Below, in pieces: positions 23,320 through 33,053 of a stretch of DNA of 64,000 bases. The translations under genes and the position numbers were made by a program. The notes under the pieces are model-generated. The model ran no database searches, was not told the origin of the DNA, and saw only the letters and a list, made by a program, of their open reading frames with translations. Positions within the stretch are counted from its first letter, which is position 1, and the number at the start of each line of letters is the position of its first letter. Source of the stretch: a plasmid; the sequence record CP109674.1; one strand, given 5' to 3'.

Positions 23320-24294
23320 ATGCAGGCACCCGGTATACCGGAGAATGAAGAACAGAGGCTGAAGTCCCTGTATATTACCGGCCTTCTTGATACCCGTGAC
23401 GATGAGCGTTTTGAACGCCTGACGCGGCTGGCCCGCAAAGCCTTTCAGGTCCCGGTGGCCCTGATAAGCCTGCTGGATCGCGAGCGCCAGTGGCTCTTCG
23501 CCTGCCAGGGCGTCGGCGTGCGCGAAACTCCACGTGATATTTCGTTCTGCGGACACGCCATTCTGCAGGAAGGGCCTTTTATCATTCACGATGCGGCTGC
23601 CGATGCGCGATTTCACGATAATCCCCTGGTTACCGGTGAGCCACACATCCGGTTCTACGCCGGCCAGCCGGTGAGCCTGCCGGACGGCACGGTGGCCGGC
23701 ACGCTGTGCCTGATCCACACCGTTCCCCGCGCCTTCACGGATGAGGACATTGCGTCCCTCCGGGACCTGGCCTGTATCGTGGAGGACGAATTCGAGGCCA
23801 TCAACATGGCTATGACGGACAGCCTGACGGGCATTCCCAACCGGCGCGGGTTTTACCGCGCCGGCGACAAACTCTTCCGCGCAATGAACCGGCAGGATGC
23901 GTCGTTCAGCCTCATCTATTTCGATCTGGACAGGTTCAAACCGGTTAACGATCTCTGGGGACACGCTGAGGGTGACGAGGTGCTGAAGATCTTTGCCGGC
24001 TTTTTACATCAGCACCTCGAACCGGGCGAAATAGCAGGCCGCCTCGGCGGGGATGAGTTTGCCGCCCTGATCCGGCGAAACGGGAATACCGGCTCTTATC
24101 TTCATGCGCTGAGTGCCAGTCTCGATCATTACAATGACACCTCGGGCAAGCCCTACAACATCAATTATTCCTTTGGCGAACTGATCAATAACGCAGACCA
24201 GTACACGACGCTGGCGGAGATGATCGGCAAATGTGACGAAGTGATGTACCTGAAGAAAAAACGAAAGACCCTCTCCCGGAAAACAGAACCGTGA
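23320..24294 (+). CDS. GAF-GGDEF diguanylate cyclase
   Basis: The likely start is MQAPGIP. An N-terminal GAF-like domain precedes a C-terminal GGDEF domain with an intact RxGGDEF motif (AGRLGGDEFAAL). Confidence 0.8.
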   Translation: MQAPGIPENEEQRLKSLYITGLLDTRDDERFERLTRLARKAFQVPVALISLLDRERQWLFACQGVGVRETPRDISFCGHAILQEGPFIIHDAAADARFHDNPLVTGEPHIRFYAGQPVSLPDGTVAGTLCLIHTVPRAFTDEDIASLRDLACIVEDEFEAINMAMTDSLTGIPNRRGFYRAGDKLFRAMNRQDASFSLIYFDLDRFKPVNDLWGHAEGDEVLKIFAGFLHQHLEPGEIAGRLGGDEFAALIRRNGNTGSYLHALSASLDHYNDTSGKPYNINYSFGELINNADQYTTLAEMIGKCDEVMYLKKKRKTLSRKTEP

Positions 24295-24794
24295 CGTTCT
24301 CCTTCCCGGCTGATCCCCTGACCCGGGGTTCAGCCGGACGGCATGAACAATATATTTAACCGCAGGACGCTTAAAGTCATTTATATTTGCTCATGGTGCA
24401 ATAGTCCACTCATCGCAACAATTACTCGTTTTTTGTGTCCATGCTGCAATAATTCCTCTTCTCCACTTCTGAGATCCGAAAAAAGCAAGTTCCGGATCAC
24501 GGCGATTTTCTGCGCTGATTTGTGAAACGAAAATTAAAAATGTGCTACACTTTAAGTAGTTAGATAACTTTCACCCTCTCCGCATCAGACCGACCTGACG
24601 AGTAAATCCTGTTAATCTGTTCATCATCGCTTCCGAAAACTTTGCTATTATGAATTTTTCGGAAGTCTAAAAGAGTGAGATCCGGTAATTGCGGGCGGTG
24701 ACTGTTATTCTGCTAATCACTGCGGGCGGGCAACGGAATGTTCTGCTGGCGATGATAAATAAATAGAACTAATAGATATTAAATAATAAGGAAG

Positions 24795-25091
24795 TTGATT
24801 ATGAATATGAAAATTACACTGAGTGTTTTATTTGAGGCTCTCATAATCCTTGGGCATGACAGAGTCTGGATGGAAGAATCGGAGTTTGAGCACATATACG
24901 GATACGGCTGCTACCGTGAGATACACACTTGGGACGATCGCACAGTTGCCTGGTGGGATGATGCTGATGACACATGGTATCTGTCCACAGAAGTCGATGT
25001 GATAACTCCTTTCCTTGGCCCTCTCCCAAAGAAAGAAGGAGAGCTCTCCGAGGAAAAATGCTTCCAGTTAATGACTCTTGGTCGCTACTGA
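24795..25091 (+). CDS. Hypothetical protein (98 aa, Trp/Asp-rich)
   Basis: ORF only, with the acidic motif WDDRTVAWWDDADDTWY. No recognised family. Confidence 0.3.
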   Translation: MIMNMKITLSVLFEALIILGHDRVWMEESEFEHIYGYGCYREIHTWDDRTVAWWDDADDTWYLSTEVDVITPFLGPLPKKEGELSEEKCFQLMTLGRY

Positions 25092-25221
25092 TAGCCGACA
25101 GCAGCATTTAATGAGTGGTCGGCTGGACACCCTCTGGCGGCCACATGTCACTCGATAGTGTAGTCCGGCGGGATTTCTCCTTGAAGATGATCCAGACATT
25201 AACGTAAAGGATACAGGAACG

Positions 25222-25752
25222 ATGTGTAAACTGACCGGTTTTATAATGGGGCTGACGATCCTGCTGGGTGTGACTGCACGGGATGCAGGGGCGGCAACGC
25301 TCAGTGAAATGCGGATGGTTAATGCCAGTCAGAAACCCGGGATGGTGATTATCTGCAGCCGGACCTCGGAGATTCCGCAGAAAGGTGAATCCCCCGTTCG
25401 TATAGAAAGTCTCCTCAGGGGCGTGGTACTGCAGAACGACGGTGATCGCATGATGTTTGACGTGACCTATACACAGCGAAACGCTGAAGAGAGTATTCCT
25501 TTTCGTACGGAAAAATACCGGCTGACCACTGAGCTGGAAGCCACCCGCCAGAAAATGGCCATCGATCCTGAGACGATAGAACTATCGCTTCCGCGTGCCC
25601 GCGGTCTTGAAGAAACTTTTCTCGCGGGGATGAAAGCAAGCCCGGTTTCGTTTGAAGATTACACCAATTACCGTGTCAAATCTGCTACCGAGTATCTGAT
25701 CCTGCCGGGTCCGGCATCCCCGGATGCACCGGTGATGCACTGCACACTCTAA
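25222..25752 (+). CDS. Hypothetical secreted protein (176 aa)
   Basis: ORF with an N-terminal hydrophobic signal-like segment. It lies directly upstream of the recombinase gene. Confidence 0.35.
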   Translation: MCKLTGFIMGLTILLGVTARDAGAATLSEMRMVNASQKPGMVIICSRTSEIPQKGESPVRIESLLRGVVLQNDGDRMMFDVTYTQRNAEESIPFRTEKYRLTTELEATRQKMAIDPETIELSLPRARGLEETFLAGMKASPVSFEDYTNYRVKSATEYLILPGPASPDAPVMHCTL

Positions 25753-25770
25753 TGACAATGGTGACATAAC

Positions 25771-26547
25771 ATGATGCCAGCACTGCCAGGCCATAGCGGG
25801 GCTTTTTCCTCTGCTCAGCTGCCGGTGGCCATCGATTACCCGGCCGCGCTGGCACTGCGCCAGATGGCGCTCGTTCAGGACGAACTGCCGAAATACCTGC
25901 TGGCGCCGGAAGTGAGCGCCCTGCTCCACTACGTGCCCGATCTTCACCGTAAGATGCTGCTGACCACCCTGTGGAACACCGGCGCCCGTATTAACGAAGC
26001 ACTGGCCCTGACCCGGAGTGATTTTTCCCTGGCCCCGCCCTACCCGTTCGTGCAACTGGCAACCCTCAAACAGCGGGTGGAGAAAGCGGCCCGAACGGCC
26101 GGCCGTGCTCCGGCCGGCAGCCAGCCTCATCGTAACGTTCCGCTTTCCGATCCGCAGTATGCCCGCCAGCTGGAAATGATGGTGGCCACCCTGAAAATAC
26201 CGCTGGAACGCCGGAATAAGCGCACCGGCAGAACGGAAAAGGTGCGCATCTGGGAGATCACCGACCGTACCGTTCGCACCTGGCTGGGCGAAGCTGTTGA
26301 AGCGGCAGCCGCCGACGGGGTGACGTTCTCCGTGCCGGTGACGCCACACACGTTCCGCCACTCCTACGCCATGCACATGCTGTATGCCGGAATTCCGCTG
26401 AAGGTGCTGCAGAGCCTGATGGGGCACAAGTCGATCAGCTCGACGGAAGTCTATACAAAGGTATTTGCGCTCGATGTTGCTGCAAGGCATCGTGTGCAAT
26501 TTTCAATGGCAGAGGCTGATGCTGTTGCCATGCTGAAAAAAAGATAA
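25771..26547 (+). CDS. Tyrosine site-specific recombinase (phage integrase family)
   Basis: 258-aa ORF with the C-terminal catalytic region HTFRHSYAMHML...GHKSISSTEVYTKV (R..HxxR..Y). Confidence 0.8.
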   Translation: MMPALPGHSGAFSSAQLPVAIDYPAALALRQMALVQDELPKYLLAPEVSALLHYVPDLHRKMLLTTLWNTGARINEALALTRSDFSLAPPYPFVQLATLKQRVEKAARTAGRAPAGSQPHRNVPLSDPQYARQLEMMVATLKIPLERRNKRTGRTEKVRIWEITDRTVRTWLGEAVEAAAADGVTFSVPVTPHTFRHSYAMHMLYAGIPLKVLQSLMGHKSISSTEVYTKVFALDVAARHRVQFSMAEADAVAMLKKR

Positions 26548-26799
26548 CTAAATTTGTCAAAATTTACAGACAGTTGTAATGACATCCACTTATTCGATAA
26601 TAAATTAATCTTGCGTTACGTGAAAACTGACAGGGGTCCAGGCTGTACCAGGCCGGAATTCACGTAACGCACTTTACGTCTTCTTCATTACTTACCTTTT
26701 CGTTCCGATCCTGTTCATCCCTGCATTGCCCCCTTTTCTTCATAACGCATTTCACTGTTGCCGAAAGCCCATGGGGTCGACTTTGCGACCGCGGCCGCA

Positions 26800-26960
26800 C
26801 TCAGAAGGATGGCCACTTTAACCGGCGCCACCCTGGCGTACCTACTCGTCCCCGAAGTGAGAGCCCTACTCTTCTATATGCCGGATCTTCACCATTAAAT
26901 GCTGTTCTCTACTTTCTGGAACACGGGAGTGCGGATCAGTGAATCCCGGACGCTGCCCCC
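26800..26960 (+). pseudogene. Decayed fragment of a related tyrosine-recombinase gene (N-terminal region) with in-frame stop
   Basis: The DNA (...CCCGAAGTGAGAGCCCTACTCTTCTATATGCCGGATCTTCACCATTAAATGCTG...GGAACACGGGAGTGCGGATCAGTGAATC...) aligns at about 70% identity with codons ~35-75 of the intact recombinase gene at 25880..26010. Confidence 0.45.
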
Positions 26961-27039
26961 GGAATCCTTTGATCTCGGTGGGTTAAGACCCTTTGTGAAA
27001 GTACTGGGCTAAGGGCATCCGCCCTGACGAACAATATTG

Positions 27040-27240
27040 ACTAAGTGATGAAAGTAAACATATCGCAGTGAAGATGTTGAGCAGACTGCCCGCTCTTCCA
27101 CACACCGCAGTCAATATCAATACTCCGGTAGGCCTATCCGCATATCGCAGTCAAGGCAAGCAAAACCTAAACGGAATGATGAATCAGTATAAATTGACTG
27201 TGGTATGCGCTCTGCATACCACAGTCAACAAACTCTAAAA
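27040..27240. repeat. RepFIB iteron cluster downstream of repA, including an inverted iteron pair
   Basis: Repeated ATATCGCAGTCAAG / CCACAGTCAAC motifs at about 27059, 27094, 27139 and 27222, plus the palindrome TTGACTGTGGTATGCgctcTGCATACCACAGTCAA at 27193..27229. Confidence 0.6.
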
Positions 27241-27249
27241 CGGCATTCC

Positions 27250-28260
27250 TCAGTCATTTCCCGGTTTCACGCTGGCGAGCGCTTTTGCTAGTTTCTGAGG
27301 ATCAATACCTGCAGCCTTCAGGGCTTTAATAACTTCGTCATAGTTCTGCTCAGGTACTTCCTCTTCCGGCTCACGGGGAACAACGACCTTGCTACTGATG
27401 AGTTTCGGATTACGGTAATGCACGCTGAAGTAGGTGGCCCGGCCGCGTTTGAATTCGGTGTAATCCAGATAGCCGATATCCTTCAGCTGCGCCATGGCTT
27501 TGCGCACCGTGTGGTTCTGCGTGTAGAGGTTAGACGTCAGGTTGAGTCTGTCTCGCATACGCTTCATGGAGATGGGGGCCGGATTCTGTGGCAGACTTTC
27601 AATGTAGGTATAGAGTGCCTGTGCGGACTCCTTGCGCTGCAGGGCATCAATGGCTTTCAGACGCAACAGGACCCGCCTGTCCATCTGATAAAGCTCAAAG
27701 AGCTTGGGCTCTGCCCTGATCTCCACGACATCGGCAGTGATGTCGTAATAGGCAGACTGAACCAGGTGCGTAGTCCACCCTTTCGTTTCACTCTGAAACT
27801 TGAGGGTTACGGATGCCAGCTTGAACAGGGAGTTGCTTATCCTGTCACGCATTTTCTTGTTAGAGCGCCGGGAGTCAAAGCCACACATTTTAACAAACTC
27901 AACAAAAGACAGCTTGAGCGTGTCATCCTTAACGCCAAAATCATACATTGAACGGATGATTCCAAGCCAGACTTTGAAGTCCGTATCCATATCGAGGCGC
28001 GATCCGGTGATCCTGACATCGGTATACCCTTCACTCCGGGCAATGGACAGCTGTACGAGCTCCTCAGTCGCATCCGTGACGTTTTTGCGGTTCGTCTTAC
28101 TCCTAGAGGTCGATTTGAGGGTAGGAACGAACAGACCAAGCCTCATGAGCGCAACAGGCTGAACAGTACTGGCGCTGTTGACATCCAGCTTAACAACTTC
28201 ACCCGTTGTCTTATTGACCTCCTGAAGATTCAGGGGTAACTCATTATTTTCCATAGCCAT
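27250..28260 (-). CDS. repA: RepFIB replication initiator RepA (Rep_3 family)
   Basis: 336-aa ORF with motifs shared with F RepFIB RepA (TVQPVALMRLGLFVPTLKS...LVQSAYYD...LFELYQ.DR.VLL.LKAI.ALQRKESAQALYT.IESLP). Confidence 0.85.
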   Translation of the reverse strand: MAMENNELPLNLQEVNKTTGEVVKLDVNSASTVQPVALMRLGLFVPTLKSTSRSKTNRKNVTDATEELVQLSIARSEGYTDVRITGSRLDMDTDFKVWLGIIRSMYDFGVKDDTLKLSFVEFVKMCGFDSRRSNKKMRDRISNSLFKLASVTLKFQSETKGWTTHLVQSAYYDITADVVEIRAEPKLFELYQMDRRVLLRLKAIDALQRKESAQALYTYIESLPQNPAPISMKRMRDRLNLTSNLYTQNHTVRKAMAQLKDIGYLDYTEFKRGRATYFSVHYRNPKLISSKVVVPREPEEEVPEQNYDEVIKALKAAGIDPQKLAKALASVKPGND

Positions 28261-28275
28261 TTTATTAACCCGCGG

Positions 28276-28284
28276 TTATCCACA
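28276..28284. promoter_or_regulatory. DnaA box (TTATCCACA) in the RepFIB origin region
   Basis: Perfect consensus 9-mer 16 bp upstream of the repA start, adjacent to iterons. Confidence 0.5.
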
Positions 28285-28289
28285 AACGA

Positions 28290-28700
28290 AAGTATATACG
28301 CATATCACAGTCAACGGAAATACATACCCCAGTTAATACAATTGCATACCGCAATAGTTGATCTCGCACACAACAGTCAACATACCACACACCACAGTTA
28401 ATGAAGATAGTCTCCAGGCTCAGGCGTAGCGGGGCGCTAAACGATCCGGGGATCTCTTTTTGATCTCAACATGATCTCCTTAAGGATCAATTACTGGATC
28501 GAAATATGGAATAACAGCCAGCATCCAATACATATGGACCACTGACATGACACAATGTGAATCTTGGTACAACAACCCAGTAATACAACACCAGGAAAGG
28601 CAATAGTCTTGACTGTGATATGCAGAAAAATGCATGTCATTACTCTTCCCTATTCCTATTCAGCTTCATACCGCAGTCAATAATCTGCATACTATAGTCA
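28290..28700. repeat. RepFIB iteron cluster upstream of repA (origin/incompatibility repeats)
   Basis: ATATCACAGTCAACGG, ACCGCAATAGTTG, CACAGTTAATG, TGACTGTGATATGC, ATACCGCAGTCAATAA and ATACTATAGTCAATT motifs are spaced through the region. Confidence 0.55.
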
Positions 28701-28889
28701 ATTCCTTACCATTCAGTTCCTTCCAGTGGAGCTTCGTTAGCTTCAGAGCGTCAGCCACACCTTGTTAGTACGGAGTAATTCCGCTTCCTCGACGCATGCG
28801 CCTACGCGCGCATACTTTCTGCGGCGAGCGGATGATATTGACTGAAGCATGCGGCAGCCTTTCAGGCGGATGCTGAACTGAACAAGACT

Positions 28890-28950
28890 ATATTTTGATC
28901 GGCTTTGCAATATTTAAGACGGTTTGCAACTTTAATGTTGCTTTGCGCCT
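28890..28950. promoter_or_regulatory. sopAB promoter/operator with CTTTGC(A) repeats
   Basis: GGCTTTGCAA, GGTTTGCAAC and GCTTTGCGCC motifs within 100 bp of the sopA start. F SopA autoregulates via CTTTGC repeats. Confidence 0.4.
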
Positions 28951-29000
28951 TTTACCAAGATTTAATAGATTAATGCAAAGATAATAATAAGGAACAAAGA

Positions 29001-30167
29001 ATGGGACTGATGGAAACGCTTGACCAGTGCATTACGGCCGGTCATGAAATGACGAAAGCTATCGCGATTGCACAGTTTAACGATGATAGCCCGGAAGCCA
29101 GGAAAATTACCCGTCGCTGGCGTGTGGGTGAGGCCGCCGATCTGATTGGCGTTTCTTCTCAGGCAATCCGTGATGCAGAAAAAGCAGGACGCCTTCCCCA
29201 TCCTGATATGGAAATGCGTGGACGTGTAGAGCAGCGGGTGGGCTACACCATTGAACAAATCAACCATATGCGGGATGTATTTGGCACCCGTCTGCGCCGT
29301 CCTGATGACAGCGTTCCGCCCGTCATCGCGGTGGCAGCACATAAAGGGGGTGTCTATAAGACATCTGTATCTGTACATTTGGCACAGGACCTGGCGCTGA
29401 AAGGGCTGCGAGTACTGCTTGTCGAAGGGAACGATCCTCAAGGCACAGCCTCCATGTACCACGGCTGGGTCCCTGATTTGCATATCCATGCCGAAGACAC
29501 ACTGCTGCCTTTTTATCTTGGTGAGCGCGATGATGCAGCCTATGCCGTCAAAGCCACCTGCTGGCCGGGTCTCGACATCATACCTTCATGCCTGGCTCTG
29601 CACCGCATTGAGACAGAACTAATGGGAAGGTTTGACAACGGGAAACTGCCGACAGAACCTCATATGATGCTTCGCCTGGCCATCGAAACAGTGGCCCATG
29701 ATTATGATGTCATTGTTATCGACAGTGCACCGAACCTCGGTATTGGTACCATCAATGTCGTCTGTGCTGCAGATGTACTCATCGTGCCAACGCCAGCAGA
29801 GTTATTTGATTACACCTCTGCCCTTCAGTTTTTTGACATGCTGCGCGACCTGTTAAAAAACGTGGACCTGCAGGGTTTTGAACCTGACGTTAGAATTCTT
29901 CTGACCAAGTACAGCAATAACAATGGCTCACAGTCACCCTGGATGGAAGAACAGATCCGCGATGCCTGGGGAAGCATGGTACTGAAAAACGTTGTTCGCG
30001 AGACCGACGAAGTCGGTAAAGGTCAGATCCGTATGAGAACGGTGTTTGAGCAGGCTATCGATCAGCGCTCATCTACAGGAGCCTGGCGAAATGCGCTGTC
30101 TATCTGGGAGCCTGTCTGTAATGAAATTTTTGATCGCCTGATTAAACCTCGCTGGGAGATCAGATAA
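29001..30167 (+). CDS. sopA: Type Ia partition ATPase SopA (ParA)
   Basis: 388-aa ORF with an N-terminal HTH extension and the deviant Walker A KGGVYKTS. It is near-collinear with F SopA. Confidence 0.9.
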   Translation: MGLMETLDQCITAGHEMTKAIAIAQFNDDSPEARKITRRWRVGEAADLIGVSSQAIRDAEKAGRLPHPDMEMRGRVEQRVGYTIEQINHMRDVFGTRLRRPDDSVPPVIAVAAHKGGVYKTSVSVHLAQDLALKGLRVLLVEGNDPQGTASMYHGWVPDLHIHAEDTLLPFYLGERDDAAYAVKATCWPGLDIIPSCLALHRIETELMGRFDNGKLPTEPHMMLRLAIETVAHDYDVIVIDSAPNLGIGTINVVCAADVLIVPTPAELFDYTSALQFFDMLRDLLKNVDLQGFEPDVRILLTKYSNNNGSQSPWMEEQIRDAWGSMVLKNVVRETDEVGKGQIRMRTVFEQAIDQRSSTGAWRNALSIWEPVCNEIFDRLIKPRWEIR

Positions 30168-31132
30168 TGAAACGTGCACCAGTCATTCCAAAACATACCG
30201 TAAAAGATATCCGCCCCGAAACTGAACCTTCAGCGGCACCCGCTGCACCGATGGTTGATTCATTAATTGCACGGGTTGGAGCCATGGCCCGCGGGAATAC
30301 CATTCTGCTTCCGGTTTGTGGCCGGGAAGTGAAATTTATTCTGGAAGCGATCCCGGGCGAGAGTGTTGAGACGGCATCAAGAGTCTGGTCAGGTAATGAA
30401 CGTGACCAGGAACTACTGACCGAAGACGCGCTTGATGATCTGATTCCATCTTTTATGCTGAGTGGTCAACAGACGCCTGCGTTCGGACGAAGGGTAGAAG
30501 GTGTCATTGAAATTGCTGATGGTAGTCGCCGTCGTAAAGCCGCCATACTGACATCATCAGATTATCGTGTTCTCGTCGGGGATCTCGATGACGAACAGAT
30601 GATGGCTTTATCACGGCTGGGTAATGATTATCGTCCTGTCAGCGCTTATGAACGGGGCAACCGTTATGCACAGCGGTTGGAAAATGATTTTAACGGCAAT
30701 ATCTCTGCTCTGGCTGAAGCTGAGAATATTTCCCGTAAAATCATCACGCGTTGCATCAACACGGCCCATTTGCCAAAATCAGTGGTTGCCCTGTTTACTC
30801 ATCCTGGTGAACTTTCCGCCCGCTCTGGGGAGACGCTGTACAAAGCATTTTCGGGAAAAGAAGCTTTATTGTTGCAACGGACACAACAGCTTCATGAGCA
30901 AAAGAAAGCGGGAGTTATCTTTGAATCCGAGGAAGTTATTGGTTTACTGACGGATGTTCTGAAAGAGCCATCAGGTAAAAAAGTAAACCTTAATACCCGT
31001 CATCAATTTGTACCTGGTGCGACAGCCCTATACAAAGGCGATAAGGTGATTTTTAATCTCGATAAATCTCGTTTGCCTGCCGAGTGTATCGAGAAGATAG
31101 AAAGCATACTGCGCGACTTACAAAAAGTTTAG
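30167..31132 (+). CDS. sopB: Centromere-binding partition protein SopB (ParB)
   Basis: 321-aa ORF with ParB box motifs ([27 protein letters not shown]). It overlaps the sopA stop. Confidence 0.9.
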   Translation: MKRAPVIPKHTVKDIRPETEPSAAPAAPMVDSLIARVGAMARGNTILLPVCGREVKFILEAIPGESVETASRVWSGNERDQELLTEDALDDLIPSFMLSGQQTPAFGRRVEGVIEIADGSRRRKAAILTSSDYRVLVGDLDDEQMMALSRLGNDYRPVSAYERGNRYAQRLENDFNGNISALAEAENISRKIITRCINTAHLPKSVVALFTHPGELSARSGETLYKAFSGKEALLLQRTQQLHEQKKAGVIFESEEVIGLLTDVLKEPSGKKVNLNTRHQFVPGATALYKGDKVIFNLDKSRLPAECIEKIESILRDLQKV

Positions 31133-31354
31133 CCTGTTTAATGATACACGCGAGAGTCTTCATTAATTTCCAATATCCTTAATGCGTTACATGCTGCTTC
31201 GGAATATATACATCCGAAGCAGTTATTTTCTGCACTATAGCCCAGTGTTGTTAAAAAGATCTGTTTACTTCTCCCAACCTGATTGTTACCACAATCTAAA
31301 GATCCAGTTTTTTCTAGTTTTCCTTAACTAGTTCCGCAGTTCACCCCTCAACCT

Positions 31355-31607
31355 GCATATCAGAACTCAGACGGTAACCCATCCCGGAATACTGATTTCA
31401 TACACCAGATTAACTGGGACCACGGTCCCACTTCCTACTTGCGTGTCAGAACTCACCCGTCAAGCCCGCTTGGAATATCGATTCCACACGCCGGATTTAA
31501 CTGGGACCACGGTCCCACCTCCTACTTGCGTGTCAGAACTCATCCTTCAACCCCGCCTGGAATATCGATTCCACACGCCGGATTTAACTGGGACCATGGT
31601 CCCACTC
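31355..31607. repeat. sopC-like centromere: three direct repeats with 88-bp period, each carrying a TGGGACCACGGTCCCA SopB-box palindrome
   Basis: Palindromes at 31414..31429, 31502..31517 and 31590..31605 (the third is TGGGACCATGGTCCCA) are embedded in near-identical 88-bp units. Confidence 0.75.
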
Positions 31608-31703
31608 TATTCAGCTGTTTCTATCACAATACAGATTTTGAGATTGTTACTGTGATTCCTGTATTAGGTGCGTAAGAAGATTATGTTCGTTTTGTTCCCT
31701 GGT

Positions 31704-31762
31704 GCTTCCTCGCTCACTCGCGGGCTTCGCCCTGTCGTTCGGCTGCGGCGAGCACTACTGGC
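31704..31762. other. Candidate single-strand initiation / primosome assembly site resembling the ColE1 (pBR322) n'-pas sequence
   Basis: TTCCTCGCTCACTCGCGGGCTTCGCCCTGTCGTTCGGCTGCGGCGAGCAC matches the remembered pBR322 sequence TTCCTCGCTCACTGACTCGCTGCGCTCGGTCGTTCGGCTGCGGCGAGCGG in its conserved blocks. It contains nested inverted repeats (CTCGC...GCGAG; GGGCttcGCCC). Confidence 0.4.
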
Positions 31763-31781
31763 TCTCTCAGAAAAGCAGAAT

Positions 31782-33053
31782 TTATCTGATCCTCGCAACG
31801 GGAATATCTTTCCAGCGGGTGGTGTACGCAGGGGAGAGCATATCGCGTTTCATTTGCCATGATGGCGCTATCCCTCGCCCGGCAAACCAGATCTGTCCCA
31901 GACCGGAATGATTAATGCCATCGAGAACCTTCATCAGCTCAGAGCTGTGAGGACGTGGCGGACGTTCGTCGAACAGCTGCAGCTGCGAAACGCCGGAGCC
32001 GGTGAAGTCATTCAGCATCACACCGGCTTTGGCATACAGGTGCCCATCCTTCCAGATACGCTCCAGAGCCGTTGTGGCGGCCGCAATAATGTCCCGGGTG
32101 TCCTGAGTGGGTGTAAGCAGTTTCTCCGTGGCCACGTTGCCGTAGTAAGGCTCTTTAACGGCGAACGGAGACGTTTTGATGAAAACGGAAATATGCCGGC
32201 AGTACTGGCGCTCTTTCCGCAGCTTTTCAGAGGCCCGCTCTGCGTACTGACAGACAGCCTGGCGGAGCGAATCGTACTCCGTGATTTTCTCTCCAAAGCT
32301 GCGGCTGCAGACGATCTGCTGTTTCGTCGGTGGTGCTTCCTCAAGCGACATGCAGCTTTCCCCGTTCAGTTCGCGTACTGTTCGCTCGAGAACGACGGAG
32401 AAATTTTTGCGTATAAAGGCCGGGTTCGTCAGGGCCAGATCGAGCGCGGTCCTGATACCCAGTACATTAAGTTTGCGTGCAATACGGTTTCCCACGCCCC
32501 AGATCTCTTCGACCGGCTGCAGTGAAAGCAGTTTCCGCGTTCGCTGAGGATTTCCCCTGGTCAGGGCGAGCACACCACGAAACTGTTTCCACTCCTTTGA
32601 GGCCCACTGGGCTGATTTTGCCAGGGTTTTCGTCGGCCCGGCACCCACGCCGATGGTCAGACGGGTACAGTCATACACGTGCTGGCGCAGCTGCCGGCCG
32701 AAGTCCTCCAGGTCCATGCAGTGCTCAACGCCGGTCAGGTCGAGGAACATCTCGTCAATCGAATACTGTTCCACCCTTGGGGCCAGCTCCTCCAGGCAGC
32801 TCATCACGCGCGCTGACATCGAGGCATAAAGTTCATAGTTGCTTGAGAACGCGTATATTTTTTCCGGATACGTTTCGTTTTTCATCTGAAACCACGGCGT
32901 GCCCATTTTGATCCAGGGCTTTGCCTCGGCACTTCTTGCGATAACGCAGCCATCGTTATTACTGAGCACCACAACCGGCTTTCCTTTCAAATCCGGGCGG
33001 AAAACACGTTCGCAGCTGGCATAAAAGCTGTTCACATCGGCCAGGGCAAACAT
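31782..33053 (-). CDS. umuC: Y-family error-prone DNA polymerase V subunit (UmuC/MucB-like)
   Basis: 423-aa ORF starting [15 protein letters not shown] with the conserved IMS/Y-family polymerase N-terminus. Its start overlaps the umuD stop. Confidence 0.9.
   Translation of the reverse strand: MFALADVNSFYASCERVFRPDLKGKPVVVLSNNDGCVIARSAEAKPWIKMGTPWFQMKNETYPEKIYAFSSNYELYASMSARVMSCLEELAPRVEQYSIDEMFLDLTGVEHCMDLEDFGRQLRQHVYDCTRLTIGVGAGPTKTLAKSAQWASKEWKQFRGVLALTRGNPQRTRKLLSLQPVEEIWGVGNRIARKLNVLGIRTALDLALTNPAFIRKNFSVVLERTVRELNGESCMSLEEAPPTKQQIVCSRSFGEKITEYDSLRQAVCQYAERASEKLRKERQYCRHISVFIKTSPFAVKEPYYGNVATEKLLTPTQDTRDIIAAATTALERIWKDGHLYAKAGVMLNDFTGSGVSQLQLFDERPPRPHSSELMKVLDGINHSGLGQIWFAGRGIAPSWQMKRDMLSPAYTTRWKDIPVARIR

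Noticed and set aside
24343-24525. 60-aa Cys-rich ORF in the AT-rich intergenic region after the GGDEF gene
   Set aside because: No ribosome-binding site and an unconstrained AT-rich context. The Cys richness comes from TGC/TGT in low-GC sequence. Probably spurious, though a small metal-binding peptide cannot be excluded.
25582-26499. 305-aa minus-strand ORF covering the tyrosine recombinase gene
   Set aside because: Antisense to a gene with clear catalytic motifs. The translation is Arg/Gly/His-rich low-complexity sequence.
28962-29489. 175-aa minus-strand ORF overlapping sopA
   Set aside because: Antisense to sopA, which is near-identical to F SopA.
31908-32525. 205-aa plus-strand ORF inside umuC
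   Set aside because: Antisense shadow ORF.
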